Shown: positions 9,131 to 21,345, counted from the stretch's first letter. The stretch: 64,000 bases of DNA from Macrostomum hystrix (GCA_950097015.1 CATNEN010000038.1:248001-312000); one strand, 5' to 3'. The notes: generated from the letters alone by a model not told the origin. Translations and numbers: made by a program.

Positions 9131-12100
9131 TGAAGAATCAGCCACTCTCCCTGAAGAATCAGCCAGACTCCCTGAAGAATCAGCCACTCTCCCAGAAATC
9201 AGCCAGACTCCCTGAAGAATCAGCCACTCTCCCAGAAATCAGCCAGACTCCCTGAATAATCAGCCAGACTCCCTGAAGAATCAGCTAGACTCCCTGAAGA
9301 ATCAGCCAGACTCCCTGAAATCAGCCAGACTCCCTGAATAATCAGCCAGACTCCCTAAAGAATCAGCTAGACTCCCTGAAGAATCAGCCAGACTCCCTGA
9401 ATTATCAACCAGACTCCCTGAAGAATCAGCCACTCTCCTTGAAGAATGAGCCACATTTACTAAAGAATCAGCTAGACCTCCTGAAGAATCGGCTGGACTC
9501 CCTGAAGAATCAGCCAGACTCCCTGAATTATCAACCAGACTCCCTGAAGAATCAGCCACTCTCCTTGAAGAATGAGCCACATTTACTAAAGAATCAGCTA
9601 GACCTCCTGAAGAATCGGCTGGACTCCCTGAAGAATCAGCCAGACTCCCTGAATTATCAACCAGACTCCCTGAATAATCAGCCAGACTCCCTGTAGAATC
9701 AGCCACTATCCCTGAAGAATCAGCCACTCTCCCTGAAGAATCAGCCACTCTCCCTGAAGAATCAGCCACTCTCCCTGAAGAATCAGCCAGACTCCCCCGA
9801 ATAATCAGCCACATTTACTGATGAATCAGCTAGACCTCCTGAAGAATCGGCTGGACTCCCTAAAGAATTAGCCAGGCTCCCTGAAGAATGAGCCACTTTT
9901 CCTAAAGAATCAGCTAGACCTGAAGAATCGGCTGGACTCCCTAAAGAATTAGCCAGGCTCCCTGAAGAATGAGCCACTCTCCCTGAAGAATCAGCCACTC
10001 TCCCTGAAGAATCAGCCACTCTCCCTAAAGAATCAGCCACTCTCCCTGAAGAATCAGCCACTCTCCCTAAAGAATCAGCCACTCTCCCTGAAGAATCAGC
10101 CACTCTCCCTAAAGAATCAGCCACTCTCCCTAAAGAATCAGCCAGGCTCCCTGAATAATCAGCCAGACTCCCTGTAGAATCAGCCACTATCCCTGAAGAA
10201 TCAGCCACTCTCCCTGAAGAATCAGCCACTCTCCCTGAAGAATCAGCCACTCTCCCTGAAGAATCAGCCAGACTCCCCCGAATAATCAGCCACATTTACT
10301 GATGAATCAGCTAGACCTCCTGAAGAATCGGCTGGACTCCCTGAAGAATCAGCCAGACTCCCTGAATTATCAACCAGACTCCCTGAATAATCAGCCAGAC
10401 TCCCTGTAGAATCAGCCACTATCCCTGAAGAATCAGCCACTCTCCCTGAAGAATCAGCCAGACTCCCCCGAATAATCAGCCACATTTACTGATGAATCAG
10501 CTAGACCTCCTGAAGAATCGGCTGGACTCCCTAAAGAATTAGCCAGGCTCCCTGAAGAATGAGCCACTTTTCCTAAAGAATCAGCTAGACCTGAAGAATC
10601 GGCTGGACTCCCTAAAGAATTAGCCAGGCTCCCTGAAGAATGAGCCACTCTCCCTGAAGAATCAGCCACTCTCCCTGAAGAATCAGCCACTCTCCCTGAA
10701 GAATCAGCCACTCTCCCTGAAGAATCAGCCAGACTCCCCCGAATAATCAGCCACATTTACTGATGAATCAGCTAGACCTCCTGAAGAATCGGCTGGACTC
10801 CCTGAAGAATCAGCCAGACTCCCTGAATTATCAACCAGACTCCCTGAATAATCAGCCAGACTCCCTGTAGAATCAGCCACTATCCCTGAAGAATCAGCCA
10901 CTCTCCCTGAAGAATCAGCCAGACTCCCCCGAATAATCAGCCACATTTACTGATGAATCAGCTAGACCTCCTGAAGAATCGGCTGGACTCCCTAAAGAAT
11001 TAGCCAGGCTCCCTGAAGAATGAGCCACTCTCCCTGAAGAATCAGCCACTCTCCCTGAAGAATCAGCCACTCTCCCTAAAGAATCAGCCACTCTCCCTGA
11101 AGAATCAGCCACTCTCCCTGAAGAATCAGCCACTCTCCCTGAAGAATCAGCCAGACTCCCCCGAATAATCAGCCACATTTACTGATGAATCAGCTAGACC
11201 TCCTGAAGAATCGGCTGGACTCCCTAAAGAATTAGCCAGGCTCCCTGAAGAATGAGCCACTTTTCCTAAAGAATCAGCTAGACCTGAAGAATCGGCTGGA
11301 CTCCCTAAAGAATTAGCCAGGCTCCCTGAAGAATGAGCCACTTTTCCTAAAGAATCAGCTAGACCTGAAGAATCGGCTGGACTCCCTAAAGAATTAGCCA
11401 GGCTCCCTGAAGAATGAGCCACTCTCCCTGAAGAATCAGCCACTCTCCCTGAAGAATGAGCCACTCTCCCTGAAGAATCAGCCACTCTCCCTGAAGAATC
11501 AGCCACTCTCCCTAAAGAATCAGCCACTCTCCCTGAAGAATCAGCCACTCTCCCTAAAGAATCAGCCACTCTCCCTGAAGAATCAGCCACTCTCCCTAAA
11601 GAATCAGCCACTCTCCCTAAAGAATCAGCCACTCTCCCTGAATAATCAGCCAGGCTCCCTGAATAATCAGCCACTATCCCTGAAGAATCAGCCACTCTCC
11701 CTGAAGAATCAGCCACTCTCCCTGAAGAATCAGCCACTCTCCCTAAAGAATCAGCCACTCTCCCTAAAGAATCAGCCACTCTCCCTGAAGAATCAGCCAC
11801 TCTCCCTAAAGAATCAGCCACTCTCCCTGAAGAATCAGCCACTCTCCCTAAAGAATCAGCCACTCTCCCTGAAGAATCAGCCACTCTCCCTAAAGAATCA
11901 GCCACTCTCCCTAAAGAATCAGCCACTCTCCCTGAATAATCAGCCAGGCTCCCTGAATAATCAGCCACTATCCCTGAAGAATCAGCCACTCTCCCTGAAG
12001 AATCAGCCACTCTCCCTGAAGAATCAGCCACTCTCCCTGAAGAATCAGCCAGACTCCCCCGAATAATCAGCCACATTTACTGATGAATCAGCTAGACCTC

Positions 12101-12995
12101 CTGAAGAATCGGCTGGACTCCCTAAAGAATTAGCCAGGCTCCCTGAAGAATGAGCCACTTTTCCTAAAGAATCAGCTAGACCTGAAGAATCGGCTGGACT
12201 CCCTAAAGAATTAGCCAGGCTCCCTGAAGAATGAGCCACTCTCCCTGAAGAATCAGCCACTCTCCCTGAAGAATCAGCCACTCTCCCTAAAGAATCAGCC
12301 ACTCTCCCTGAAGAATCAGCCACTCTCCCTAAAGAATCAGCCACTCTCCCTGAAGAATCAGCCACTCTCCCTAAAGAATCAGCCACTCTCCCTGAAGAAT
12401 CAGCCAGGCTCCCTGAAGAATCAGCCACTCTCCCTGAAGAATCAGCCACTCTCCCTAAAGAATCAGCCACTCTCCCTGAAGAATCAGCCACTCTCCCTGA
12501 AGAATCAGCCACTCTCCCTAAAGAATCAGCCACTCTCCCTGAAGAATCAGCCACTCTCCCTAAAGAATCAGCCACTCTCCCTGAAGAATCAGCCACTCTC
12601 CCTAAAGAATCAGCCACTCTCCCTGAAGAATCAGCCACTCTCCCTAAAGAATCAGCCACTCTCCCTGAAGAATCAGCCACTCTCCCTAAAGAATCAGCCA
12701 CTCTCCCTGAAGAATCAGCCACTCTCCCTGAAGAATCAGCCACTCTCCCTAAAGAATCAGCCACTCTCCCTAAAGAATCAGCCAGGCTCCCTAAAGAATC
12801 AGCCAGGCTCCCTGAAGAAGCAGCCACTCTCCCTGAAGAATCAGCCACTCTCCCTGAAGAATCAGCCACTCTCCCTAAAGAATCAGCCACTCTCCCTGAA
12901 GAATCAGCCAGGCTCCCTGAAGAAGCAGCCACTCTCCCTGAAGAATCAGCCAGGCTCCCTAAAGAATCTGCCAGACTCCCTGAAGAAGCAGCCAC
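9131..12995 (+). repeat. 21-bp satellite (GAAGAATCAGCCACTCTCCCT) with higher-order blocks, ~180 units
   Basis: Tandem units. A marker block CCCCCGAATAATCAGCCACATTTACTGATG recurs seven times. Confidence 0.97.
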
Positions 12996-14045
12996 ATTCC
13001 CTATTCGGCACATAATCCCTGAGCATTCAGTTATGCAACCTTTCTGAAGAACTGATCTCATTTCGTGAGTTATTGTCTAAGCAATAGTCAATCAAGCCAG
13101 AAGCAACATGATTTTAGGCATCAAAAGCTATCCGTGGCATTGTCCGAGCACAATGCAAAGTGTAAAATTATCGTACTGAAAGTTTCTATATTTGAAAAAT
13201 TATGAATTTATTCCGTAGTTTGTATCAACAATTAGTGCAGAAGAAAAATAATATCATGGTTACGTCATAAATTTCTTGACAATAGCAATTAGAAATGATT
13301 TTTTCAATCTATATTTTCACAAGCTGATTTAAGTATGACTGCGTAAATTCCTAGAACTATGTCTATAAATACATATTGGAGTTGTGCTAGGCAAAACAGC
13401 AGAATGATACTGTAGTGTAATTTTAGTGCATTAAATAACATTGCCTCCTATACGGACTCACAGAACAAGTTCAGGACTTCAAAAGTACAGATTAAATATT
13501 GGCGAAACCAAAATTACATAGCTAGGTTTCTTTGGAGTAACAAATTACAGGAGTTTGGTTGGCATTAGTAGGCCAGATGTAATGACGGGTGAGGATTAAA
13601 TTACGCAATGTTCGATGACAATGTGCGGGTACTTTCACATGTGTGAGATTATATTTATAAATTTAATGTGCGAATTTATACAAAAAAATCTATGCTTTTT
13701 CTGCTCTATTTTATTAAGAAGCAGCGATGACCAGTTTCGAATAAAGAAAAAAAATAATTTATGAACAAGAATGCAATAGAAGGGTTGTGATTGGACGATG
13801 GCCTCGTTAGAAAAGCGGAAATTCCCTAACGCTCGTGCTTAAGCAATGAGATTCCCATAGTTCAGAAAAGCCTATGACACAGTAGTATACAAGGGCAAGT
13901 TGGCGGCGAAAATTCACATGAATTTCGACAAATTTCTACAAAGATTTATTACCATAGACTTCGCGTTCTAGCCAAGAAAAGCTGCGTTCGATTCAGGACT
14001 GAGCCAGTATCAAAGGACTGGCTACGACTTGTTGCTGTCAGAGAC

Positions 14046-15921
14046 TGTCTATGGAAAAAATGTCAAAGCTGCGTTCAATTTAGGAAAATTAGCGTATAAT
14101 TTAGGAACCATAGGCCATGGCATATCATGGTATCGATTCAGGGATAATCAGGGAGTCTAGCAGATTCTTCTGGAAGTCTAGCAGATTCTTCAGGGAGTCT
14201 GGCTGATTCTTCAGGGAGTCTAGCAGATTCTTCAGGCAGTCTAGCAGATTCTCCAGGGAGTCTAGCAGATTCTCCAGGGAGTCTGGCTGATTCTTAAGGG
14301 AGTCTAGCAGATTCTTCAGGGAGTCTGGCTGATTATTAAGGGAGTCTGGCTGATTCTTCAGGGAGTCTGGCAGATTCTCCAGGGAGTCTAGCAGATTCTC
14401 CAGGGAGTCTGGCTGATTCTTCAGGGAGTCTGGCTGATTCTTCAGGGAGTCTAGCTGATTCTTCAGGGAGTCTGGCTGATTCTTCAGGGAGTCTGGCTGA
14501 TTCTTCAGGGAGTCTAGCTGATTCTTCAGGAAGTCTAGCAGATTCTTCAGGGAGTCTAGCAGATTCTCCAGGGAGTCTGGCTGATTCTTCAGGGAGTCTA
14601 GCTGATTCTTCAGGGAGTCTGGCTGATTCTTCAGGGAGTCTGGCTGATTCTTCAGGGAGTCTAGCTGATTCTTCAGGGAGTCTGGCTGATTCTTCAGGGA
14701 GTCTGGCTGATTCTTCAGGGAGTCTAGCTGATTCTTCAGGAAGTCTAGCAGATTCTTCAGGGAGTCTAGCAGATTCTCCAGGGAGTCTGGCTGATTCTTC
14801 AGGGAGTCTAGCTGATTCTTCAGGGAGTCTGGCTGATTCTTCAGGGAGTCTAGCAGATTCTCCAGGGAGTCTGGCTGATTCTTCAGGGAGTCTGGCTGAT
14901 TCTTCAGGGAGTCTGGCTGATTCTTCAGGGAGTCTAGCTGATTCTTCAGCGAGTCTGGCTGATTCTTCAGGGAGTCTGGCTGATTCTTCAGGGAGTCTAG
15001 CTGATTCTTCAGGAAGTCTAGCAGATTCTTCAGGGAGTCTGGCTGATTCTTCAGGGAGTCTGGCTGATTCTTCAGGGAGTCTGGCTGATTCTTCAGGGAG
15101 TCTAGCAGATTCTCCAGGGAGTCTGGCTGATTCTTAAGGGAGAGTGGCTGATTCTTCAGGGAGTCTGGCTGATTCTTCAGGGAGTCTGGCTGATTCTTAA
15201 GGGAGAGTGGCTGATTCTTCAGGGAGTCTGGCTGATTCTTCAGGGAGTCTAGCAGATTCTTCAGGGAGTCTAGCAGATTCTCCAGGGAGTCTGGCTGATT
15301 CTTCAGGGAGTCTGGCTGATTCTTCAGGGAGTCTGGCTGATTCTTCAGGGAGTCTAGCTGATTCTTCAGGGAGTCTGGCTGATTCTTCAGGGAGTCTGGC
15401 TGATTCTTCAGGGAGTCTAGCTGATTCTTCAGGAAGTCTAGCAGATTCTTCAGGGAGTCTAGCAGATTCTCCAGGGAGTCTGGCTGATTCTTCAGGGAGT
15501 CTGGCTGATTCTTCAGGGAGTCTGGCTGATTCTTCAGGGAGTCTAGCAGATTCTCCAGGGAGTCTGGCTGATTCTTAAGGGAGAGTGGCTGATTCTTCAG
15601 GGAGTCTGGCTGATTCTTCAGGGAGTCTGGCTGATTCTTAAGGGAGAGTGGCTGATTCTTCAGGGAGTCTGGCTGATTCTTCAGGGAGTCTAGCAGATTC
15701 TTCATAGAATCCATTTCTACATGTAATTAACCCTGCTGCAGGTGCACAATGGAAAAATGTCAAAGCTGCGTTCAATTTAGGAAAATTAGCGTACAATTTA
15801 GGAACCATAGGCCATGGCATATCATGGTATCGATTCAGGGCTTATCAGGGAGTCTAGTGTAGTTCTCTTGAAAATCTAATTTCAAATTGAACGCAGTTTC
15901 ATTCGACAAATGCCATAGACA
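14046..15921. mobile_element. putative non-autonomous TIR element (MITE-like) carrying the 21-bp satellite
   Basis: Left end TGTCTATGG..TGTC.AA..CTGCGTTCAATTT is an imperfect inverse of the right end AAATTGAACGCAG..TTCGACA..CCATAGACA. The left ~110 bp (14051-14160) is duplicated at 15749-15857. No TSD seen. Confidence 0.5.
14145..15706 (-). repeat. 21-bp satellite (CAGGGAGTCTGGCTGATTCTT), same family as 9131-12995 in inverse orientation, ~75 units
   Basis: The reverse complement AAGAATCAGCCAGACTCCCTG equals a unit variant of the first array. Confidence 0.97.
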
Positions 15922-16082
15922 ATAAGCAATGTTCAGTGGAAAGGACATCTTCAATTGAACGAGCGCAGCTTATTGTTAACTATGAACGCAAGAAGTTTAT
16001 ACTTTCTTTCTATTGTCTATTGGTTAAAAATATTATTATTTAACAAGACGCACTTGTACAGCATAAAGGCAGGTTTATATAA

Positions 16083-16341
16083 TCACTGCTGCTCCAGCAG
16101 GCTGGCCACTTCAGGCCTGCTCATCACTCGCAGCATTTCGGCGAGGTCTCTGACCGCTGTCTCTTCCCGATTTCTGGCCTCCCACAGGTCCAGCACGCAG
16201 TCCGTGGGGCTGGGCTTGCTGGCGAAATAGCCGATGTATCGATCCACTCCTAGTAGGCGAGTCAGGGCGCGCCAGTCGTTGCCGCGGGCATTCGGGGCGT
16301 CCAACAAGTGGCAGAGCGCTTTTCGCAGCTTCGGTGGCAGT
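16083..16341 (-). CDS. unc-5: UNC-5 netrin receptor exon 11 (death domain, stop)
   Basis: RLPPKLRKALCHLLDAPNARGNDWRALTRLLGVDRYIGYFASKPSPTDCVLDLWEAR is the hallmark UNC5 death domain. Acceptor ctaatttgacag, phase 2. Confidence 0.96.
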
Positions 16342-17377
16342 CTGTCAAATTAGCGTTTGATTGGTCTGAATCAAGACTGCCGTTTTGGGGTACTGGTCGA
16401 GGGGTGCGCGCTTATCAGGCTTCGCGTTTGCGGCTTTAAATAAAACATTTTGGAAATGTACATCTTGCTATCTAGAATGTACATTGTACCACGGCAGAAA
16501 ATCGTGCCGGTTAATGGTAAATAGACCATTTAGATAATAACTAGCTATTAACCGCCCAGAAGAAAGGCCTCGACCAATAGGAACGGCTTAATGCGGCAAA
16601 AATGTCTATGGCATGGCACAAAAACAGTTGTGCCATGGGTGCCGGTTTGTCTAAGGCCCTAGGCCTAAAGCATGGGTGCCAGTCTGCCTAAGGCCATAAA
16701 AGGAGTGGAAAATTTCCACCCGCAATCCTGTTGGCAGTTGTTTGTTATTTTGTAATATATCAGCTGAAATGTACTTTAGGAAACAACGAAAAAAAGAGAT
16801 TAAACATGTAAAGCTAATTAAAAATGGAGAGAGTTGGTTAAATAAAGATAAATTCGTGGGTTTAATTGAGAGTCCCCTGCCCTCTTATCGAATGAGGCTT
16901 TCAAGTTTTAAAACTGAGGACCACAGTCAAGCCCCAAGCAAGGTCAATGTCAAGGTCAAACCCCCTGCCAGGACTGAAATGTACATTCAGATCGAATGTA
17001 CACTATGAGAAAAGAACTAGCCTGACTAAGGAGAATCTGTTAAGGGTCCCAGGCAGCGTCGCTTACTAAACACAAGAAAGACCACTGGATGTTTCAAATA
17101 CCCAATTTTCTTTTGTCTGTATCTCCCAAAATTTTTAAACAATCGCCATTTAGAGCTATAATTTTTCGCTCGACGATGTCAGACGGCTTGGAAAATTAGT
17201 TCATTGCAAAAAAGCTGAAAATTTTGATCCTTTTGTGGTGGACTTTCACAAAAATCAGTCATTCGATTTGGGAGCTATCGTGCATTTGAAATATCCCCGT
17301 GGGCCATGGTTTTTCCCTAGGGGAAAAATAGCGTTGCCTTTTCACTGCTAAAGAATATTATAAGCGAAAATTCTCAC

Positions 17378-17535
17378 CGAAAGACGGTGCAAGTTGGGTC
17401 TATTTGCACGAAGCCGCTGCGACTGTCAATTGACGATGAGGACGGCGGTAGAAGCATACTGGACGACGATGGCTGCTGCTGCTGGCCCAGAGTTGTCAAA
17501 AAACTGCCATCGATATTGTAGAGAGGGGACGCCAC
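17378..17535 (-). CDS. unc-5: UNC-5 exon 10 (linker before the death domain)
   Basis: Acceptor ctaccag, donor gtgaga. VASPLYNIDG...DPTCTVFR, phase 0-2, fits both neighbours. Confidence 0.85.
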
Positions 17536-17608
17536 CTGGTAGGGAAAATGTTGCATATTTGTCACAGTGATTACTGAGCAAACAAGAGAGCATAGTCCCT
17601 TGACTGAC

Positions 17609-17785
17609 CTCATCTCCGCCCATCTCCCCGGCGCTGACGGTGACAATCTGTCTGGCATTGTAGCCACCCTGCTGATAAGCCACGATGCGGCAGAGGAGGC
17701 TGCGCCTGGTCGGGTCCACGTGCTCCAAGCTGAATACGCAGTGAAGCTCCTGATTGCGGCCGCCCCACAGGTGGCAGAATGGAAC
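17609..17785 (-). CDS. unc-5: UNC-5 exon 9 (UPA domain C-terminal part)
   Basis: VPFCHLWGGRNQELHCVFSLEH matches the UNC5 IPF.HIW.G....LHC.F.LE motif. Acceptor ctgacctccccag, donor gtcagt. Confidence 0.92.
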
Positions 17786-17870
17786 CTGGGGAGGTCAGGG
17801 GAGAATGGGAGAGTGCGTGTGGTATGGTGTGGACTCGTGGAGACATAAGCAGTCCAAATCTACGCCTCAC

Positions 17871-18583
17871 CTCCTGCCTCTTGGACTTGCTCCGCCACCC
17901 CAGCGACAGCTCCTCGATGCAGAAGCAAAGCGGCTCGCCGCTGTCCCTCAGTGTGAGCTGCTTTGGCTGCTCAATTAAACGCCAAGCATCGCTAGCAAAC
18001 TCCTGGTGCTGGTGCTGGTGCTGGTGCTGGTTCAGCACAGACTGGACCGCATCCGGGGTATCTGGAACCACATGCAATCGCAGGCAGAAGTCGCCGCTAA
18101 CACCGGAAGCTCCGCCGCCAACGCCGAGGCTGCCGCAGTTTGTCGAAGCGAACGCAATCAAGCTCAGTCGTTTCGCAGCGCAGCCGCCTTCCAGAGATTC
18201 GCCAACCAGGCAGTACCTGCCCAGCCGGTCAGCCATGAGGTGCGCGCAGCCGGGGTCCAGCTGGCAGTAGCCGGATGTGGCCAGCAGCGACTCGCTGCCG
18301 ATCCGCAGGTATTCTTGCCAGGTGGCGCCGTTGTCCCCGCTGTGCAGCACGGCGACGTTCCAGAAGCCCTGGCGCAGCGCTGCCGAGTGCGGCATGGACA
18401 GGATGGCGTGCCGGCCTGGCACCGGGCAGTCCAGCGAGGAGGCGGCCGAGCCGCAGACCACCACAGGGCTGAGCAGGGTCTGACGGTCCGTCATCAGGGG
18501 CCGGTCGCGGCTGTCGCAGCTGACGGCCAGGAAGAGCTCAGAGCTGTGACTCAGAGCCCCGGCCGGTATGGTTAAGGAAACGC
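17871..18583 (-). CDS. unc-5: UNC-5 exon 8 (ZU5 and UPA domains)
   Basis: GVSLTIPAGA, QTLLSPVVVCG, ILSMPHSA, LGRYCLVGES and AAKRLSLIAF motifs. Acceptor ttgcag, donor gtgagg. Confidence 0.96.
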
Positions 18584-18686
18584 CTGCAAGTTCGGGATTC
18601 AATTCGGTGATTTCTAGTTGAAAGTAGTTAGTTTTTATTTTGGTATCCAGTGTCCAGCCAATGTCCAGCCAGAAGGATGATCTCAC

Positions 18687-18993
18687 CCGACTCGGGCAGG
18701 CAGAGCCGACCGCCGCTTTGACCGATGCTGCCCCAGGCCAGCAGGTCGTGGCACAGACCCACCGGCACGAACGACGCAGTCACGTGACTGCCCAGAGACA
18801 GCTCATTGTAGAGCGCCGAGCACGGCCGGCTGCTGTCCTCAGCCTCGGTGTCGCCTGGGCATTTCTCGTCCAGCTGGCTGTTGCTGTAGACTCCTGAGCT
18901 GGGAGGCCGATACTGCTGCTGCTGCTGCAGGTGATAAGCCGGCATTATCGGCAGCTGAACTCGGAGTCCCTGCTCGCTCTGCAACAAGCTCGA

Positions 18994-19029
<36 letters not shown>

Positions 19030-19133
19030 GAGTTGAAGCTGCTTGTAAGACATCTCCATGACATTCGGGTTCTTGATGGTTGTGCCATTGTTGTTGCCGA
19101 AGACCGGCCCAGATTCCGGTGGCAGAAGCAGCT
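18687..19133 (-). CDS. unc-5: UNC-5 exon 7 (polyQ juxtamembrane region, ZU5 start)
   Basis: Acceptor caaccag. The frame ends WGSIGQSGGRLCLPESG, the canonical ZU5 start. Donor gtgaga, phase 1-1. Confidence 0.9.
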
Positions 19134-20702
19134 CTGGTTGTGTAAAACATTGTGTTAAGAAAATATTTAATTAGACTGATCCTAAGAACTTAAAAACCAT
19201 TTTGTTACCCATAAATCAGTGGAATTCTAAAGCATTAAATAGAAATTAGTTTAAATTTGAAATTTAATTTTAAATGACGCCGCAAAACATTTCATATGCC
19301 AAATAATTTATTACAATATAAAATTTACTTCGAGTTAAAAAAACAACTGATAAATATATTAAATTTAGTAAGACATTCAGCGATGGAACAACAGGTGTCA
19401 CATTGAGTTGTTTTACATATTTATCGTGGGTTTCATTAGTGAAGAATAGAGCTCTTGTCAGGCTACTGTTAGTAACAAAACATAAAATTGATACTATTAA
19501 ATGTTTCTCATTTATAAAAAACGACATGCAAGGGCTTGAAAGCGCCGAGTTCCTTTTTAATGTAGTTAAGTGCGATATCGAATTGAATTTCATGTTTAAT
19601 ATTTAAACAAATAATTGAAATGGCCATGCATTTGGGTACCATGCTTTAATTACCATATTGGTAATTTTTCACTTCCGGAAACAGCAAGTCAGTGTTTAAA
19701 AATATTGGATTAAATATGACGCTATGAATTGAACATGCGGCAGGGCTTGTGTGAATGCGTCGTCTGATCAGTCAGACTCAACAAGATTAACTTGCAGCTC
19801 ATATTTGCCCCAGTTCCTTCAGGTCACACCTTTGGGAATTCAGAATGGCAATTTTCATCGTTTGGACAATTTGATTAAACTGGGACTACCGAATCTCTCT
19901 GTGGGGAATATTTCCGTATTTAAAATTCTTTTTTTATACGTGACGCAACCGCCATTAAGAATTTACAGGTCTTTTTTCATCGACTTGTAAAGATCTCAAT
20001 AACTTGAAAATCAATATTGCTCTCAAAATGGAAAACGGAATATTTTTTTGACGCTTTAAACTTGATTGGTTTATTGATTTCACTTATGATTACTGGTAAA
20101 TTTTTTTTAAGTTTATAGTTCGATAGTTTGATTGATAAATAATGTTTAGATTGAAAGCTACTAACCGATAGGTTTAATACTGAGAGATTTCCCAAGTTAA
20201 CAAAGACCTGATTAGAATAAAATGTCAATCTCTACAATCATGGCTTGATCTTGTCAGCATTCGAAATGAGTCACTTGGCAAAGGACCAGACAGGCAAAAA
20301 ATCGACAGCGATGTGGGAGAGAAGTGTGTAATTAAGGCCAACCTAAAATGCACCGGCTGAGTAGATTTTACAATCCCCTGCAGAATCCCCTGTGTTTCAG
20401 GATTTTCATGAAAAGGATATCGCTGAGTCACTCCGTAGGCTTTTAATTGGTAGTCAGCGAAGGAGGGGAGCAATTTTAGCGGATTTTTGGGATGTCAGAC
20501 AGAAGGGAGAAAAATATTTCGAATGACTAAATTAAGAATCAGGGGAGTGTGTGAGATGGGAGAGAGTGAAATGAAACTCGGAGACGAATGATGTCAGTAG
20601 CTCTAGCCGCCCTGAGCTGGGAGGTAGTGAGCAGAGAGTGAGTACATATTGATTTTTTTATTCCTGCGTTTCGCTGCCTCTCTCTCTCTCGAGAGACATT
20701 GT

Positions 20703-20703
<1 letters not shown>

Positions 20704-20743
<40 letters not shown>
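20704..20743 (+). repeat. (AGC)13 microsatellite
   Basis: Direct reading. Lies in unc-5 intron 6. Confidence 0.95.
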
Positions 20744-21345
20744 CGGTACTATCTCAATCTTGATCTCAACCTGCTCATTTCTCAACACTGTTCATTTCGA
20801 GTAAGGTTTTTTAATTAGTGAACATATAAACCTGGACTCGCTGAGTGATTGGGTGCTCAGTACAACGTTCAATTCGGAGCACATCGTGTCCAAAAATGTT
20901 AGTAACTTATTAGTTGTTGCTTCAGCGAAGAATTCAATCATGAAGGTATCGTAGCGGTTTGAGTAGCGGAATCTATTGGTTGGAAAAACTATTATAACAA
21001 ATACCAGTGGAAAGATGGTTGCAAGTCATCATTCCTCATCAATTATTGCTTTTTAATTTTCGGAAAAATTTAATTACCGTGCGTTATTTTAATGGCCTCT
21101 TTATCATTGGAGCTGGCTGTCGAGCTGTTTCCTGGAATTAATAAATTTTTGCTTTAAGAAACAAAAAAACAATTAGGAGCAATACTTTTAATTGAGTGCT
21201 ACAGCAAAGACAGACAGACAAACTACTCGTAATTAGAAAAAAATGCTACTTCTAAAAGCAGACACAGATTGTTTATCGTGCGTCAAAAAGATTGTGAATT
21301 TAAAAAAATTGGTATCCAAAAATATTCAATATAGAAACGACTCAC

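Noticed and set aside
9302-15714. Long ORFs with ADSSGRV / LKNQPDS heptads resembling coiled-coil or ice-binding proteins
   Set aside because: They are translations of a 21-bp satellite that is open in several frames on both strands, with no splice context or unique domain.
16612-16637. 10-bp perfect hairpin (a similar one lies at 23758-23786) as terminator or Helitron end
   Set aside because: No U-tract or properly placed CTRR end, and isolated short stems are unsupported.
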